From contig OZ361257.1 of assembly GCA_977018835.1 (NCBI GenBank), positions 2,542,001 through 2,606,000 of the forward strand: a stretch of DNA of 64,000 nt, read 5' to 3'. Every line of letters starts with the position of its first letter. Within the stretch, counting starts at the first letter, position 1. This document shows positions 11,814 to 22,966 of the stretch, piece after piece. The position numbers were made by a program, and so were the translations under genes. The notes beneath the pieces are model-generated. The model was not told the DNA's origin, did not search any database, and saw only the letters and a list, made by a program, of their open reading frames with translations. The DNA is from Minutocellus sp. GHC0000111. Taxonomy: Eukaryota.

Positions 11814-13082
11814 ATGAAGCCCGAAATGCCCAAATGCACACCCAAGACACGAAAGATGTTCCTCATCCTCTTTGCTGTTCTTTTCGTCGTCATTATTGCC
11901 ACAATCATTGCAGCCGTTGTCAGCACCAGGACGCCGGAAGCTACACTGGGGCCAGCAATTGATCCATCTCTTGCATTTCAATTATTACAAGAAAGTGGAG
12001 ACGACAAGCATGTGATTGTGATCGGTGCCGGTGCTGCCGGTCTCTTCGCCGGTTACGCACTGACATATCTAGGAATTGATTGTACAATTCTCGAAACCAG
12101 TGATAATTTTGGCGGTCGTGTTCAGGAATTACCTGCAGGAGACTTTGTTGACGTCCCGTTGGACCTAGGTGCCGAGTGGATCCATGTCAACCCACGCGTT
12201 CTGCAGGACATGCTATTGTTTGACGACAAGGTGCACATCAAGACGATCGTGTATCAGCCTCAGACCATATCAACCTATCGAAACAATCGTCGATGGAGGA
12301 ACAACTGGATGCGTTTCTTCTATCGAGAGCACAAATTCTACAATACCACGTGGCACTCATATCTCGGCGAGTATGTGTATCCATACGTTGCCGATCACTT
12401 GGAACTCAATGCAGCGGTAACATCCATAGATTATTCGAGTGAAGATAGCATTACGGTGGAAACGGCCGATGGACGGACATTCGTTGGGTCGCATGTCATC
12501 GTCGCCACCCCGGTAACAATATTGCAAGATGGAGATATTGAATTCAGTCCTCCACTGCCAGAGACTAGGCGAGCCGCTCTTCAGCAGGTCTACATGACTG
12601 CAGGGCTCAAGGCGTGGCTTGAGTTTGATGAGGAATTTTATCCTGACATGCAGATCCCGGGTACAATAAGCACGTTCCTTTGGGAGGCAGGCGCTCTCTA
12701 CTTTGATGCGTTGTTCCGCAAGCCATCGGAAAGGAATGTGTTGGCCCTATTTCAGGTGGGCGGCGAAGGTACCTACAAGCAAGTAGCGATGGATGACGAA
12801 AGCATCCTCCAGAACGTTCTTGAGGAGCTCGACAAGATCTTCGATGGCGAGGCTAGAAAACACTACGTCAAGGGAATCGTCCAAAATTGGTCTTCTGAGC
12901 CATTCATCAAGGGCGCTTACTCTTACAACGACTATGATATGGCTCCTTTACGAGAACCGATCGACTCGAGAATCTATTTTTGTGGAGAATATTTGAGCTA
13001 CGATGACCAATCAACAGTTCATGGAGCTGCAATTAGTGGGCGCAATACTGCGAGGAGGCTTGTTTTAGATAGTGCATCGTAA
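11814..13082 (+). CDS. Flavin-containing amine oxidoreductase, N-terminally membrane-anchored
   Basis: TM at aa ~15-36; VIVIGAGAAG FAD fingerprint, GGRV, DLGAEWIH, WSSEPFIKGAYS, FCGE...TVHGAAISG. Confidence 0.92.
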   Translation: MKPEMPKCTPKTRKMFLILFAVLFVVIIATIIAAVVSTRTPEATLGPAIDPSLAFQLLQESGDDKHVIVIGAGAAGLFAGYALTYLGIDCTILETSDNFGGRVQELPAGDFVDVPLDLGAEWIHVNPRVLQDMLLFDDKVHIKTIVYQPQTISTYRNNRRWRNNWMRFFYREHKFYNTTWHSYLGEYVYPYVADHLELNAAVTSIDYSSEDSITVETADGRTFVGSHVIVATPVTILQDGDIEFSPPLPETRRAALQQVYMTAGLKAWLEFDEEFYPDMQIPGTISTFLWEAGALYFDALFRKPSERNVLALFQVGGEGTYKQVAMDDESILQNVLEELDKIFDGEARKHYVKGIVQNWSSEPFIKGAYSYNDYDMAPLREPIDSRIYFCGEYLSYDDQSTVHGAAISGRNTARRLVLDSAS

Positions 13083-13110
13083 TATAACTAAGGACTTTCA
13101 AGAGGAGTGT

Positions 13111-14477
13111 CTATCTCTTACTTGCAAATCGTTTATATTTGCCGCTATCGTCCAGCTTTTCTCCTCGTCCCCTAGGAGCATCATCAAGCATGTAATCACA
13201 CCATGGCTTTTCGCTTCGTCGAACCAATCTCTGTATTAGAGTTTCTGTCCACTCGACGTACTCATAGACTCTGTCAACTTCCTCCAATCTTGGCTTGATG
13301 CGCCTTTCCATGCTCCCGAGCAGTAGATTTGGGCTTTCCACGACGAGCTCCCTTGCCCTCTCTTTCCCTAATAGAGATCCATACAATTCTAATTTCGGTG
13401 CAATATTTTTCTCCGCCGACAACACAACAAGCTCTGGTCGTCTAAAAAAACTCTTTGAGTTCTTCATCGTTGATCTCAAATGTCTGCTGGAGATGGGAAA
13501 TTTTCTTCGCCATCTCATCTTCTATGCTGATCGATAAAATTGTTGGATATTGAGCTACCAACCCGCGGATCTCTAAGTCCGTGAGTGAAAATCTATCCTG
13601 ATACCAATCCGTCTTTTTCTGGAGAAGTTCTGCACTTGTAATCAGAAATTGAGGCCTATTTTGGCACACTCTTGCCGCTACGGATTTACTCCCGCCAAGG
13701 AAATTGAGTATCCACTCATGGGACTCATTGAGGCGAGATTCGGTGCTGGACAGTAACGACGGGCATTTTAATAAACATTTTTTCAGCCCCTTTTTGTCCT
13801 TTTCTCGTCCAGTCCCAAAACATCCAGTAGTAGATAAGCGATTGATTCAATTCTTTTTGCTGGCGTGCGGTCAAGAACTTTCGTTTTTTTCGTCGCAAAC
13901 TTCGCGATTTCGTCCTGTGTAAATCCCCGAAGGTGGATTGCAGCGCATTGAACAAGGGTTCGTAATGATCTTTGATCGACCGTGCCAGCAATTGAGGGCA
14001 GGCAACAAACAGTTCTGCGATCTCTTCCTTACTTAGGTCCATCATGTTTTGCAGATAATCTATCCTTTCCTCTAATGCTTCCTGCTTCACGCTAATCAAA
14101 CGATTCGCTCCGGGACACGAAAGGATGCGACCTGTCTTCTTTTGATCGATGCCAAGCTTATGCTGTAGCATCTCCGACTTGGGCACAACATTTCCATCGA
14201 TGTCGAGTTTCAGAACCCTTGGGTTTGTATCCACAAGCTTGTCAATGCCCTTTTGATCCAGGCAAAGAAGCTGGCGGAGTTGCTCCTTTCTTTCGTTGTA
14301 TTCCTCATCCGTCACTTTCGGCCGAGCATGCGTGCACGTCGGGTGACGAACGAGCCCCCTCCCCCGCTCACTCGAAATGCTCACAGGGCATGATTGAAGA
14401 TAGAAGGTGCAGAAGCCATCGGCACCAAGCACGAAAAAACAAACGACGACGACGGATGGTATCAGCGACGCCTTCAT
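13111..14477 (-). pseudogene. mTERF-family protein, plastid-targeted, fragmented over at least 3 frames
   Basis: Signal peptide ending GADG-F; mTERF-like repeats (LVDTNPRVLKLDID, FVACPQLLARSI, VAQYPTILSISIE, FRRPELVVLSAEKNIAPKL, SPNLLLGSMERRIKPRL); frameshifts plus a non-coding-looking insert at ~13790-13925. Confidence 0.7.
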
Positions 14478-14716
14478 CGTGCCTTCGTTCTAGCTACAGT
14501 CAGTAAGGCGCCGTAGCTAACACTCACTTTGGCGTATGGCTACTACCAATGGTTCTCGTACATGTACCTAGGTAGGCCTAGCTAGTAGGGTGTTCATGCA
14601 TGGCGCCAACGCACCATGAACTGAGCAGCAGACGCATGACGGACAGACCTTCACGTGAAAAGCGAGCTCATTTACTACTAGTATTTGCACATTATTTTTT
14701 CCCCCCACCGCGCGCC

Positions 14717-15458
14717 ATGAACACCGACCTCCTCGCCGCGATACCAACGCCCAGCCGCTCTTCTGCCGGCACTGCGGGTCGCAGTTCCTCAGTGCCGGGA
14801 AGGCTCAGCACGAGGAGCACGAGGTTACCCGTGCCCATTTCCAACGCGTCGCTGCCCAAAAGAAGGACACCAAGGAAGACGCCGCTGTGGAGGTGACCGC
14901 GTCGTGCTGGAGGGTTGATGATATGTGGGACTTTGAGTGAGTTATAAAGCTGTCGGTCGGATATATGTGTGAATTTTGTTGATGGTGGGTATTTCGAAGG
15001 CCAGCGTTAGTCTCACCTTTTGTTGCGCATGCGTTCTTCGTGATACATTTATTTCATTTCCTCGCGGTAACTGTAGCAACTTTGGCCAATCTCGTCCGGT
15101 AGCTGGTGCAACCACCTCCGATGGCGAGGATCCCATCACCCCCGAAACCGTCTACGTGGTATGCGCCGATTGCGAGAAGGGACCGGTGGGAGTCCGATGG
15201 AAGGCCGGAGAGCCATACTACCTGCCGCACTCCCTGCTTTCGTACGCACCCAAGGAAGGGGCGCCTGTAAATGGTGCCTTGCCGGCTGGGATGAGTGAGG
15301 AGTTTGTGAGGCAGCTAATTGCGCAGAGAGAGGAGCAACAGCAGGGCCAGGAGGGCGAGGAGGGTGCAGACCAGCCGCCGGTGATTGTTGTGGAGGAAAA
15401 TGCCGTGGCCGGATCTGGCGCAGAAGCAGCTGGCGATTCTGAGACGGCATCCAAATAA
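14717..15458 (+). CDS. MSS4: Mss4/RABIF-like Rab-binding zinc protein, two exons
   Basis: Exon 1 reads NAQPLFCRHCGSQFL...WRVDDMWDF; intron 14937-15076 (GTGAGT..TAG); exon 2 reads DNFGQS...YVVCADCEKGPVG; 1-nt frameshift ~14740 just after the ATG. Confidence 0.85.
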
Positions 15459-15603
15459 GTCTGAGCTGTGTAACGTTGCATGAGTGCAAGAGTAAGCACG
15501 AGTCATGGCCGAACCTTGTCTGAATTTACTATTGTATCAGAGCTCGTATTGAAAGAGGTTGATTATTTATCTTAATATTTAGGATTGTGCAGGTACATTG
15601 AAA

Positions 15604-17034
15604 CTAATCTGAGTTGTAACCATCCGGTGGTGTGAAGTGACGGGTAGACATCTCATCGACTGTCGGCCCGATGAGTTCATCCTGACCGGCAGCGTACAAC
15701 AAAAACAAATCCTTGATCGAAAGATCTTCCTTGATCTCATGGCGCTCCGTAGACACGCCCGGGAAGTATCCATCGCCGCCTCCCGCAAGGAAGTCGGCAG
15801 TAACAACACGTATCGTTGCGTTGTGGTCGTTGGGATCCAGTAGTTTCCACTCTGGGTTGGCGCTATCTCCAACATTCATAATGATTTTGGTGACCTTCTC
15901 ACCGTCCGGTGCATTGAGATCAACGTCAAACCGAAGACCGGCAGCATATGGGTAGGATGATTCGTAGGCCCACCTATAATTGAGCGCCTTGGCTTCCGGA
16001 AAGAACATCTCTTGTTCAGCTGCGGTAAAGATGTGGCCGGTGTCCACAAGAGCACCGTTCAGCGTTTGGTACATCTCCGCCGGGCTCACAGTGAGGTAGA
16101 CAACTCTATTTCCAAAGAAAGGAAGAATATCTTCCCGGATGATCCCAGCAGTGACGTTACCGCGAAAGATATCCCCACGAATCGCCCCGCCGTTGATGAT
16201 GGAAACATCGACCTTGCCCCGGACCTCGCTTGGGTGGTCGGCATACAGCAAAGCATTTGCTACAAGTTGACAGACGGGACCTCCTCTTTTCAGTTGAGTC
16301 GTTGGGTCTGGGCAAGCAAGGGAGTGGTTTGACATCATGGGCAGTAGGGAGAAGCAGATATCTTTCGGCGCGTATGTGATGACATCGTCGTCTTCATAAG
16401 ACTGGCCGTAGGAGATGGTGTTCTCTGTGTCGTTGGATGAAGGAGCGAGACTGATCCCAACGGCGAGAGCTACAATCAGCATAACAAGTGTGGCAGCGAC
16501 GATGGCAGTCACCCTGCGTGAAATGACGAACTTGTTGTGGAGAGGCTCCGCCTCGGCGATTTCTCCTCCTTGAACTTCAATGTCTCGGATGGGGAATCCG
16601 GTCGATAGTGTAGCATCGTCGATGTATGCTTCCTCTTCCCTCTCCTCCACACGTCCTTGCTGATCCTGTTCAGCGCCATTTTCGAGAGACGAGAGCCAGT
16701 ACTCTCGCTGGCCGTCCACAAGACTTGACAGCCTGTTGATGGAAGGCGTGGATGTAGGATCGTCAGTGGTATTACCACCAATGGCCAGGAGTGCCCGAGC
16801 CATTTGGTCGTATGTTGGAGGCTGCTGCTCTCCGGCACCATTGCTTCTTGCACGTTCAACAAAAGCATTGATATCATCCTCAGTGGATATTGAGTGAGCA
16901 TCGACCAGACGACCGCTGATGAGACGTTCTGCATGCACACCGATCGATCCCTGGGCATCAGATCTGCGAACGCCATCTAGCCGATCGAATGCCCTATCCA
17001 TTTGGACAAAGGTATCATCGCCATCAGATGACAT
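15604..17034 (-). CDS. Type II membrane protein with a 5'-nucleotidase C-terminal domain only
   Basis: TM (IVAATLVMLIVALAVGISL), then QLVANAL, IINGGAIRGDI..GNVT, LPFFGNRVV, AGLRFDVD, TADFLAGGGDGY; no metallophosphoesterase motifs; start uncertain (ORF open to 17313). Confidence 0.8.
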   Translation of the reverse strand: MSSDGDDTFVQMDRAFDRLDGVRRSDAQGSIGVHAERLISGRLVDAHSISTEDDINAFVERARSNGAGEQQPPTYDQMARALLAIGGNTTDDPTSTPSINRLSSLVDGQREYWLSSLENGAEQDQQGRVEEREEEAYIDDATLSTGFPIRDIEVQGGEIAEAEPLHNKFVISRRVTAIVAATLVMLIVALAVGISLAPSSNDTENTISYGQSYEDDDVITYAPKDICFSLLPMMSNHSLACPDPTTQLKRGGPVCQLVANALLYADHPSEVRGKVDVSIINGGAIRGDIFRGNVTAGIIREDILPFFGNRVVYLTVSPAEMYQTLNGALVDTGHIFTAAEQEMFFPEAKALNYRWAYESSYPYAAGLRFDVDLNAPDGEKVTKIIMNVGDSANPEWKLLDPNDHNATIRVVTADFLAGGGDGYFPGVSTERHEIKEDLSIKDLFLLYAAGQDELIGPTVDEMSTRHFTPPDGYNSD

Positions 17035-17521
17035 GTGTGTTTGGCGATCTTGGACTTCCGTGTCCTCGACGACTAGCGTCGCTTCGGCAACAAAGTCAAT
17101 ATCAGGCTGTGGGGTGTACTGTTCAATCTGATGCCACCCGTTGATACTGCCGCGATGATTTGGAGGCGGATAAGATCTGCCGGGACCTTCGACCCACTCA
17201 ACTCGACTGCTGGAATCACTCGGCCGAGCGCTTGTGGGTGTGCTCACTGAGCAGCAGCGCCAACGCAACATGCAACATGATGACCCTGATATCATTGCCC
17301 TTGCTTCCCTCAATCGCTCCTTTGTTGCTCGTGAGAAGGCCGCAGAGCTCGGAATGATTGATCGAATGGAGGCCGAAGCTGTGCATAGGGCATAAAAGAC
17401 AATATCATCTATCTTGCTATGTAGCTAGATTCATAACAAACTCTATATAACGAATATTTGCTGCAAATACATTTTGCTCTAGCCTTTATCATACACATGG
17501 TATAATGACAGCTAAGAGACT

Positions 17522-20500
17522 CTAATCAAAACTAGATGTCGACCACGGGCCCTTGATGGTGCCTCCTCGACGATCGACGTGGATGCTCGATCCCATCATG
17601 ATATGGTGGGGCGACATCTTCCTAGGTGGATACTGGCGAGCGATCTCCGTCGTTCCCTGAATGGTGACCTTGATTGGAGGAGCGATTCCACCCATATCTA
17701 CCTGAGATATCCATACATTCTTCCAGTCAGAGAAGGGTTGCTGGGAGGACCAGCTGTGGCCGTTGCCGTGGAAGTAAAGCAACGGAACGTCGAGGTCTTC
17801 GATATCATCCTGAAGGCTGCGCCAGAACTGCGACTGACGGTGATGACCAAATGCAAAGATGGCACGGATGGAATCCTGGTCGGACGTCGCAGGGTTTTTG
17901 TTGAACCGGTATTGCTGTACCACCTGACGGACCCATTCGAGATTTTCGTTCATTCGCTTTCGGTAGTTGGCATTAATGTCATAGGGTTCCTTGCTCACAA
18001 GGTTGGCACCAATGAAAAGGACTCCCCCATGGTGGAAGGCAAAGTTCTCCCTCCTCGCCGACTGTCTCTGAACTCGAGAGGGCAATGTCGTCGTACCGTC
18101 CCAGTGCACCTCCATTCCCCCAAAGCTGTCCATCCAGTTGCTCCAGCCCGCCGTTGGGTTGGGACAGTCATACCTGGAAAATTTGGGTGGGGGACGAAAA
18201 AGTGAGTGGATGGACTGACAGTGAAAAGTATCGGTAGAAGTCAAAATGATTTCTCCGATGCACTTACCAGTCGTTATCTCCGGGAAGCATGAAGCTGGGA
18301 ATAGGACAGTGCTCCTTGTACAGGTTCTCGACCAGCTCGTAGCGCCACTTGCTGCAGTCGGCCTGACGTCCGCCCTTCATGATATCACCGACGTGGACGG
18401 CGAACTGCGCACCCTCGTTGTCGAGGTAGGGCACAACGTCGACGGCCATGTTCTTGATCTGATGCTCCACAATAATCTCCTCGGCCGGAGTGTAGGGAAT
18501 GTCGCCGATGACATAAAAGGAAAAGGTCTCGTGGCCGCGAAAGTTGGTGGGAGCGGGAGTAGGACGGCGCGTGGGAGGGGCAAAGGACGTTCCTGGTCTG
18601 GGAACAGGCGCAGGCTTGGGTTGGAAGCTAAGATCACCGACCGTCGTGACGGGAATATCCGGCGCGGCCGTAGGAGATCCGGTCTTGAACTGAGGAATGA
18701 CAATGTTTCCAGAATCCGACCCATCGCCCTCAACGATCTGCCCGTCTTGGTCATTGACAACGTCATCCAAAGTGGTGCCACCATTCTCTTCGGCCGAATA
18801 TCCAGAATCGACGCTGGACGCCGGCGACGACGACGAAGCGCTGAACCATTCCCCGAACGCGGCACCATATCCCACCAATCCACCGATCAGACAAAGCAAC
18901 GCCGTCGCAATGAGGAACCAATGCTCCCTGGAAAATTTAAGGCAGCATCCAATTTTGGAGTCGTCCGATCTGGACTTGTCCACGTCGCCCTTGTGGTCTT
19001 CGTAAGATGCCGCCGAGGGCAGCGACGACGAACCCGATGGGCTGGCACCCGACGACGAGTCCGTGGATTCCGGATAGCTGTAGTCAGCACGACTTCCGGA
19101 CTTACCACCGACGGGGGTGTTGGCCGAATGGTTGAAGACGGAGACACCGCGCATGTCCAACTCGGAGGCCGTGTCATGGGCAATCATGTTGCTGCTGTCA
19201 TTGTTGTGCCCACCATGGTGATGAGCCGTGACGGTGGTGGTGGCCTCGGAATACACCGAGGTGTCATTGATGCCACCCTCCTCGACGTCGTCGTACACGG
19301 TGGACTCGTCCTGCACGGCGGCCCGGGCCATGGTCATGTTGACGACGGTGTTGGCGGCCGAGTGGGTGGAGAGGAAGGACTCGTCGTTGTTGGTGACTCG
19401 TCCGACCGCCCCTGATGATGGCCGTGCGGTTTGGGCATTGTTGGCACCGCTCCCGTCCATGACGTAGTCGCACATGGCGCTCAGATCGTGGCTGCCGTTG
19501 ACCATGGACGGGGACGAGGGGGGCACCTGCTGTTCGGCTCTACCTCGACTCATGACGCTCCGATCGTTGGCATCGTCCTCTGCATCATCCACCATGGTGG
19601 TCATCTCCCCCTCCTCGCAGATGGACATCATGTCCGCAAAGCGAATCTTGGACGGGCTGACGTCTCCTTGATCATGATGATGGATGACGCTGTCCTCGGG
19701 GATGGTCATGGTGGCACCGGCGGCCTTGCCACCGACCACGGTGGCGGGGGTGGGGGCGGCAATGTCATCGTACGTATAGCTCATGGAGCTCACGTTCGCA
19801 TTGATGTTGTCTGTGGGTGGAGTACAGGCATTGACCGTGGGGGGAGTGGGAGCCATGCCATCGAGCATGGCCGAAAGGCCGACGCTGGGTACCGAGCCGG
19901 GGGTGCTCATAATGTCTGGCGTGGCGTGGATGGTGGCATTATTAGTGCTGATGGGACGGCCGGGAGCTGCTGGGGTGCTCAAGTTGTCTTGGTGGTTGCC
20001 GTTGTTGTTGTTGGCAAAGCGGCGCTTCATGGCATCCTGCACGAGTGCCTGCTTGGCCTCGGTCGATACCTGCTTCTGCTGCTGATTGCGCTGGTTGTTG
20101 CTGCTGCTGCTATTAGTCTTACCGTTGCGCATATCGGAGACCAGTTTGCCGGTGGCAACCTCGCCGGCCTCGTCGAAGTGGGCCTCCATCATGTGGGACA
20201 GGTCGAGCTCGTCCACCAGGGCCGCGCTGGAATTGGTATTGTTGTTGCTTGCAATGTTGGCCTTGGACGAGGGGGAGAGCGTCCCGCTGGCCAGAGTACA
20301 GCAGGACTTGACCGGCGAGGCCGTGCTCGTATTCATGTCCATGTTCATGCCCATGTTCGCATTGTTTGTCGTCGTTTCAATATTCGCATTTCTGCTGGGA
20401 GAGGGAACCGCCGTTGTAGTTGTCGTCGTCGTTTTGATCCTCACGTCGTGGTCGCCGTTGGACTCGACCTTGGACGGGCTGATGCCCAAACGGCGGGCGA

Positions 20501-20888
20501 TGTTGGCCAGCAGGTCGGGAGTTTGGGCCGTCTCGTTCTGCTGCGTTTGCATCTGCATTTGCTGCTGCTGATTGTGTCGTTTCGTGGAAATGGGCACCGG
20601 CGACGGAGTGAAGCCCATGGGTGGAGCGAGCGATGGCTTGCCCCCGCCATTGTTGCCGTTGCCGGACTTTGGTTTGGAGGGGGTGGTCGTTGCGGCATGG
20701 TTGTCGATATTGTTCTCAATGTTCTCGTTGTTTTCGTTGTTGTTGTTTTCTGCGGAATCTGAGGTGGTATTGTCGCTGTTGCTGTTATTCTTGGATAAAG
20801 ACGACGACGACGACGACGAAGAAGGCTTGTGAGGCGTGTACTCGTCCATTGGATGCTCGTCGTCGCGATGGAAGATGCCGGTCGACAT
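17522..20888 (-). CDS. Type II membrane calcineurin-like metallophosphoesterase with a long low-complexity N-terminus, two exons
   Basis: TM (WFLIATALLCLIGGLVGYG), Pro/Thr stalk, GDIPY, HVGDI, PGDND(W), FGHH, HGNGH; intron 18174-18267 (GTAAGT..CAG). Confidence 0.82.
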
Positions 20889-21682
20889 GATGGATGGATT
20901 GAACTTTCGTCTCTTCTCGAGATATGCAGTCAGATACGGACGAAGAATAAGTGTATCAAGCCTGTGTATGCAATGTATGCAATGTAGACCTCGTTGCGTC
21001 CTTGCTCGGAGGGATTTGTGAAGGTGAAGGGGTCCGTTGACTTTCATTTTATGTCGTTTGGATTTTGCGCCGGAAGCAGCACAAGATGGGCTGGTTGTTT
21101 TGGAGGAGTTGTCGACTCGTTCGATCCACTCAAAAATGGACTCGTTCGATCAACGAGTGGCACACGAAAAACACAACCACAGTTCACCCAAACGACAAGA
21201 CACCAATTTTCCTCGCAAGTATCGCCCGTTTTGGACCACTGTGCCCGAAAGTGGATGTTGGCGATCTGATAGCACAAAGAGCGAAAAGAAGAACAGGTGA
21301 AGAAGTGACGCATCCGCCGGTCTGCTCTCCGTCGCGCGGCCCTTATTTGGCTTGCAACCGAAAACGTCGTCGATATCCTCTCGCCAAGCGAGGGACGTTT
21401 TTTTGACGCGGTGCACCGAGGGATTGGAAACGGCAGAGGCGTGCAGTCGTAGTTCGGCGTCTCATTCGTCGATCCAAGAGAAGTCAAGAAAGGAGGAGAG
21501 GTCAAGCCCCAAGGCATTGGAATTGCCCATCTTCTTCGTCCACTCTGGCACAGAAAAGTTAATTAGGGGCCGAATTCAAAAGCAACGACCGGGCAGCAGG
21601 CACCAAAATCCCGGAATCGAACCATCTCCCTGACTTCTCTCTACTTTTTCTTCATCAAAGGAAGTAGACTGCTGACTCAAAC

Positions 21683-22723
21683 ATGTTCGACGAAGTGCAG
21701 GCACGAGTGGCCGAAGCCGTTGGCCATCTACATGTACGAGCAACGACGAACAGCGCAAACTCGCCGCAATTGAGGTCGCAGAAGAATGCTCAGCACAGAC
21801 ATGGATTGAACGAGCAGCCACAACAACAACGACAACAACAAAAGCAACAAATGCTCCGCAGAACCAAGAACTACGACAATTCCCAGTCGACGTACTACTC
21901 CGGCAACGCCGGCAACTACATGAACCAGTACGGCGTCGGCAGCAACTACAACCGCAACAACGGCGGATACAATGCGTACAGCAACGCCAATCAGTACAAC
22001 GCCGCCTACAACAATGGCAACAACAACCAGTACGGATACAATAACGGCATGAACAGCAACAATAACAACAACTATGGATCCAATGGGTCCAATAATGGCA
22101 ATTCGTCCTCCTCCTCTTCCAAGAAGAAGGTCGACATCTTTGGCGCTCTGAGCGTCTTTGCCTTCCTCGTCGGTACGCTGTACTTCATCCGACGACGCAT
22201 CAAGAAGAAGAAGCAGGCCGCCAAGGATAGGGAGGGCAGGGCCAGGGCTCTGAGCGAGGTGAGCGATTCCGAGGAGGATGGTGTGTCGCGCAAATCGTCT
22301 CGATCAAAGTCGTCGTCCAAGCGGTCCAAGAAGAAGGGCAGCAAGAAGCACTCTTCCTCGGAATCTCGGACGTCCAGCAAGAAGAAGCGCAAGTCCAAGA
22401 GCAAGAGTGGCAAGGAGCAGTACTTGGAGAGTACCAGCGAGGAATCGCAGGGCATATACGAGCCCCCCATGTACATTAACGAGGATGCCGGCGGAACACC
22501 CCGGCACCATCCCAGGGAGGAACGCAGCATGAAGAGTGGGCGGAGCCGTAGGTCACGATCGTCCAGCAAGCGCTCGTCCCGATCCAAATCCCGATCGCGA
22601 TCGAGGAGTCGAAGTCGCAGCCGAGGTGGCGAGGCGGATCTGGCCGTGCAGCAGCATCAGAGTGCGGTCCTGATCGAGATGGCACAGATGCAGGAGCGTG
22701 AGCGTGCCATCCGAATGGTGTAA
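21683..22723 (+). CDS. Single-pass membrane protein with an N/Y/G-rich region and K/S- and RS-rich tail
   Basis: 346-aa ORF, TM IFGALSVFAFLVGTLYFI followed by a basic stop-transfer segment. Confidence 0.7.
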   Translation: MFDEVQARVAEAVGHLHVRATTNSANSPQLRSQKNAQHRHGLNEQPQQQRQQQKQQMLRRTKNYDNSQSTYYSGNAGNYMNQYGVGSNYNRNNGGYNAYSNANQYNAAYNNGNNNQYGYNNGMNSNNNNNYGSNGSNNGNSSSSSSKKKVDIFGALSVFAFLVGTLYFIRRRIKKKKQAAKDREGRARALSEVSDSEEDGVSRKSSRSKSSSKRSKKKGSKKHSSSESRTSSKKKRKSKSKSGKEQYLESTSEESQGIYEPPMYINEDAGGTPRHHPREERSMKSGRSRRSRSSSKRSSRSKSRSRSRSRSRSRGGEADLAVQQHQSAVLIEMAQMQERERAIRMV

Positions 22724-22966
22724 TATTGGAAAGATAACTTCCAGCGAACCAGGCACCACAAAAAAACATATCGAATTTATACAAATGCCACTTGATAACA
22801 AGTGTGGATTCAACTTTCCATGTTACAAGAAGGGATTGTTTAAAACAGCTCCATACTTGGGCCAAACGTATTTTTAGTTCTATTTATATTACATTTATCA
22901 TTTTATCTGGCGTGGTATAGTACAAACGAGTAAACAAATTATGAGCCAAGTTAAGTTTGACAAGGC

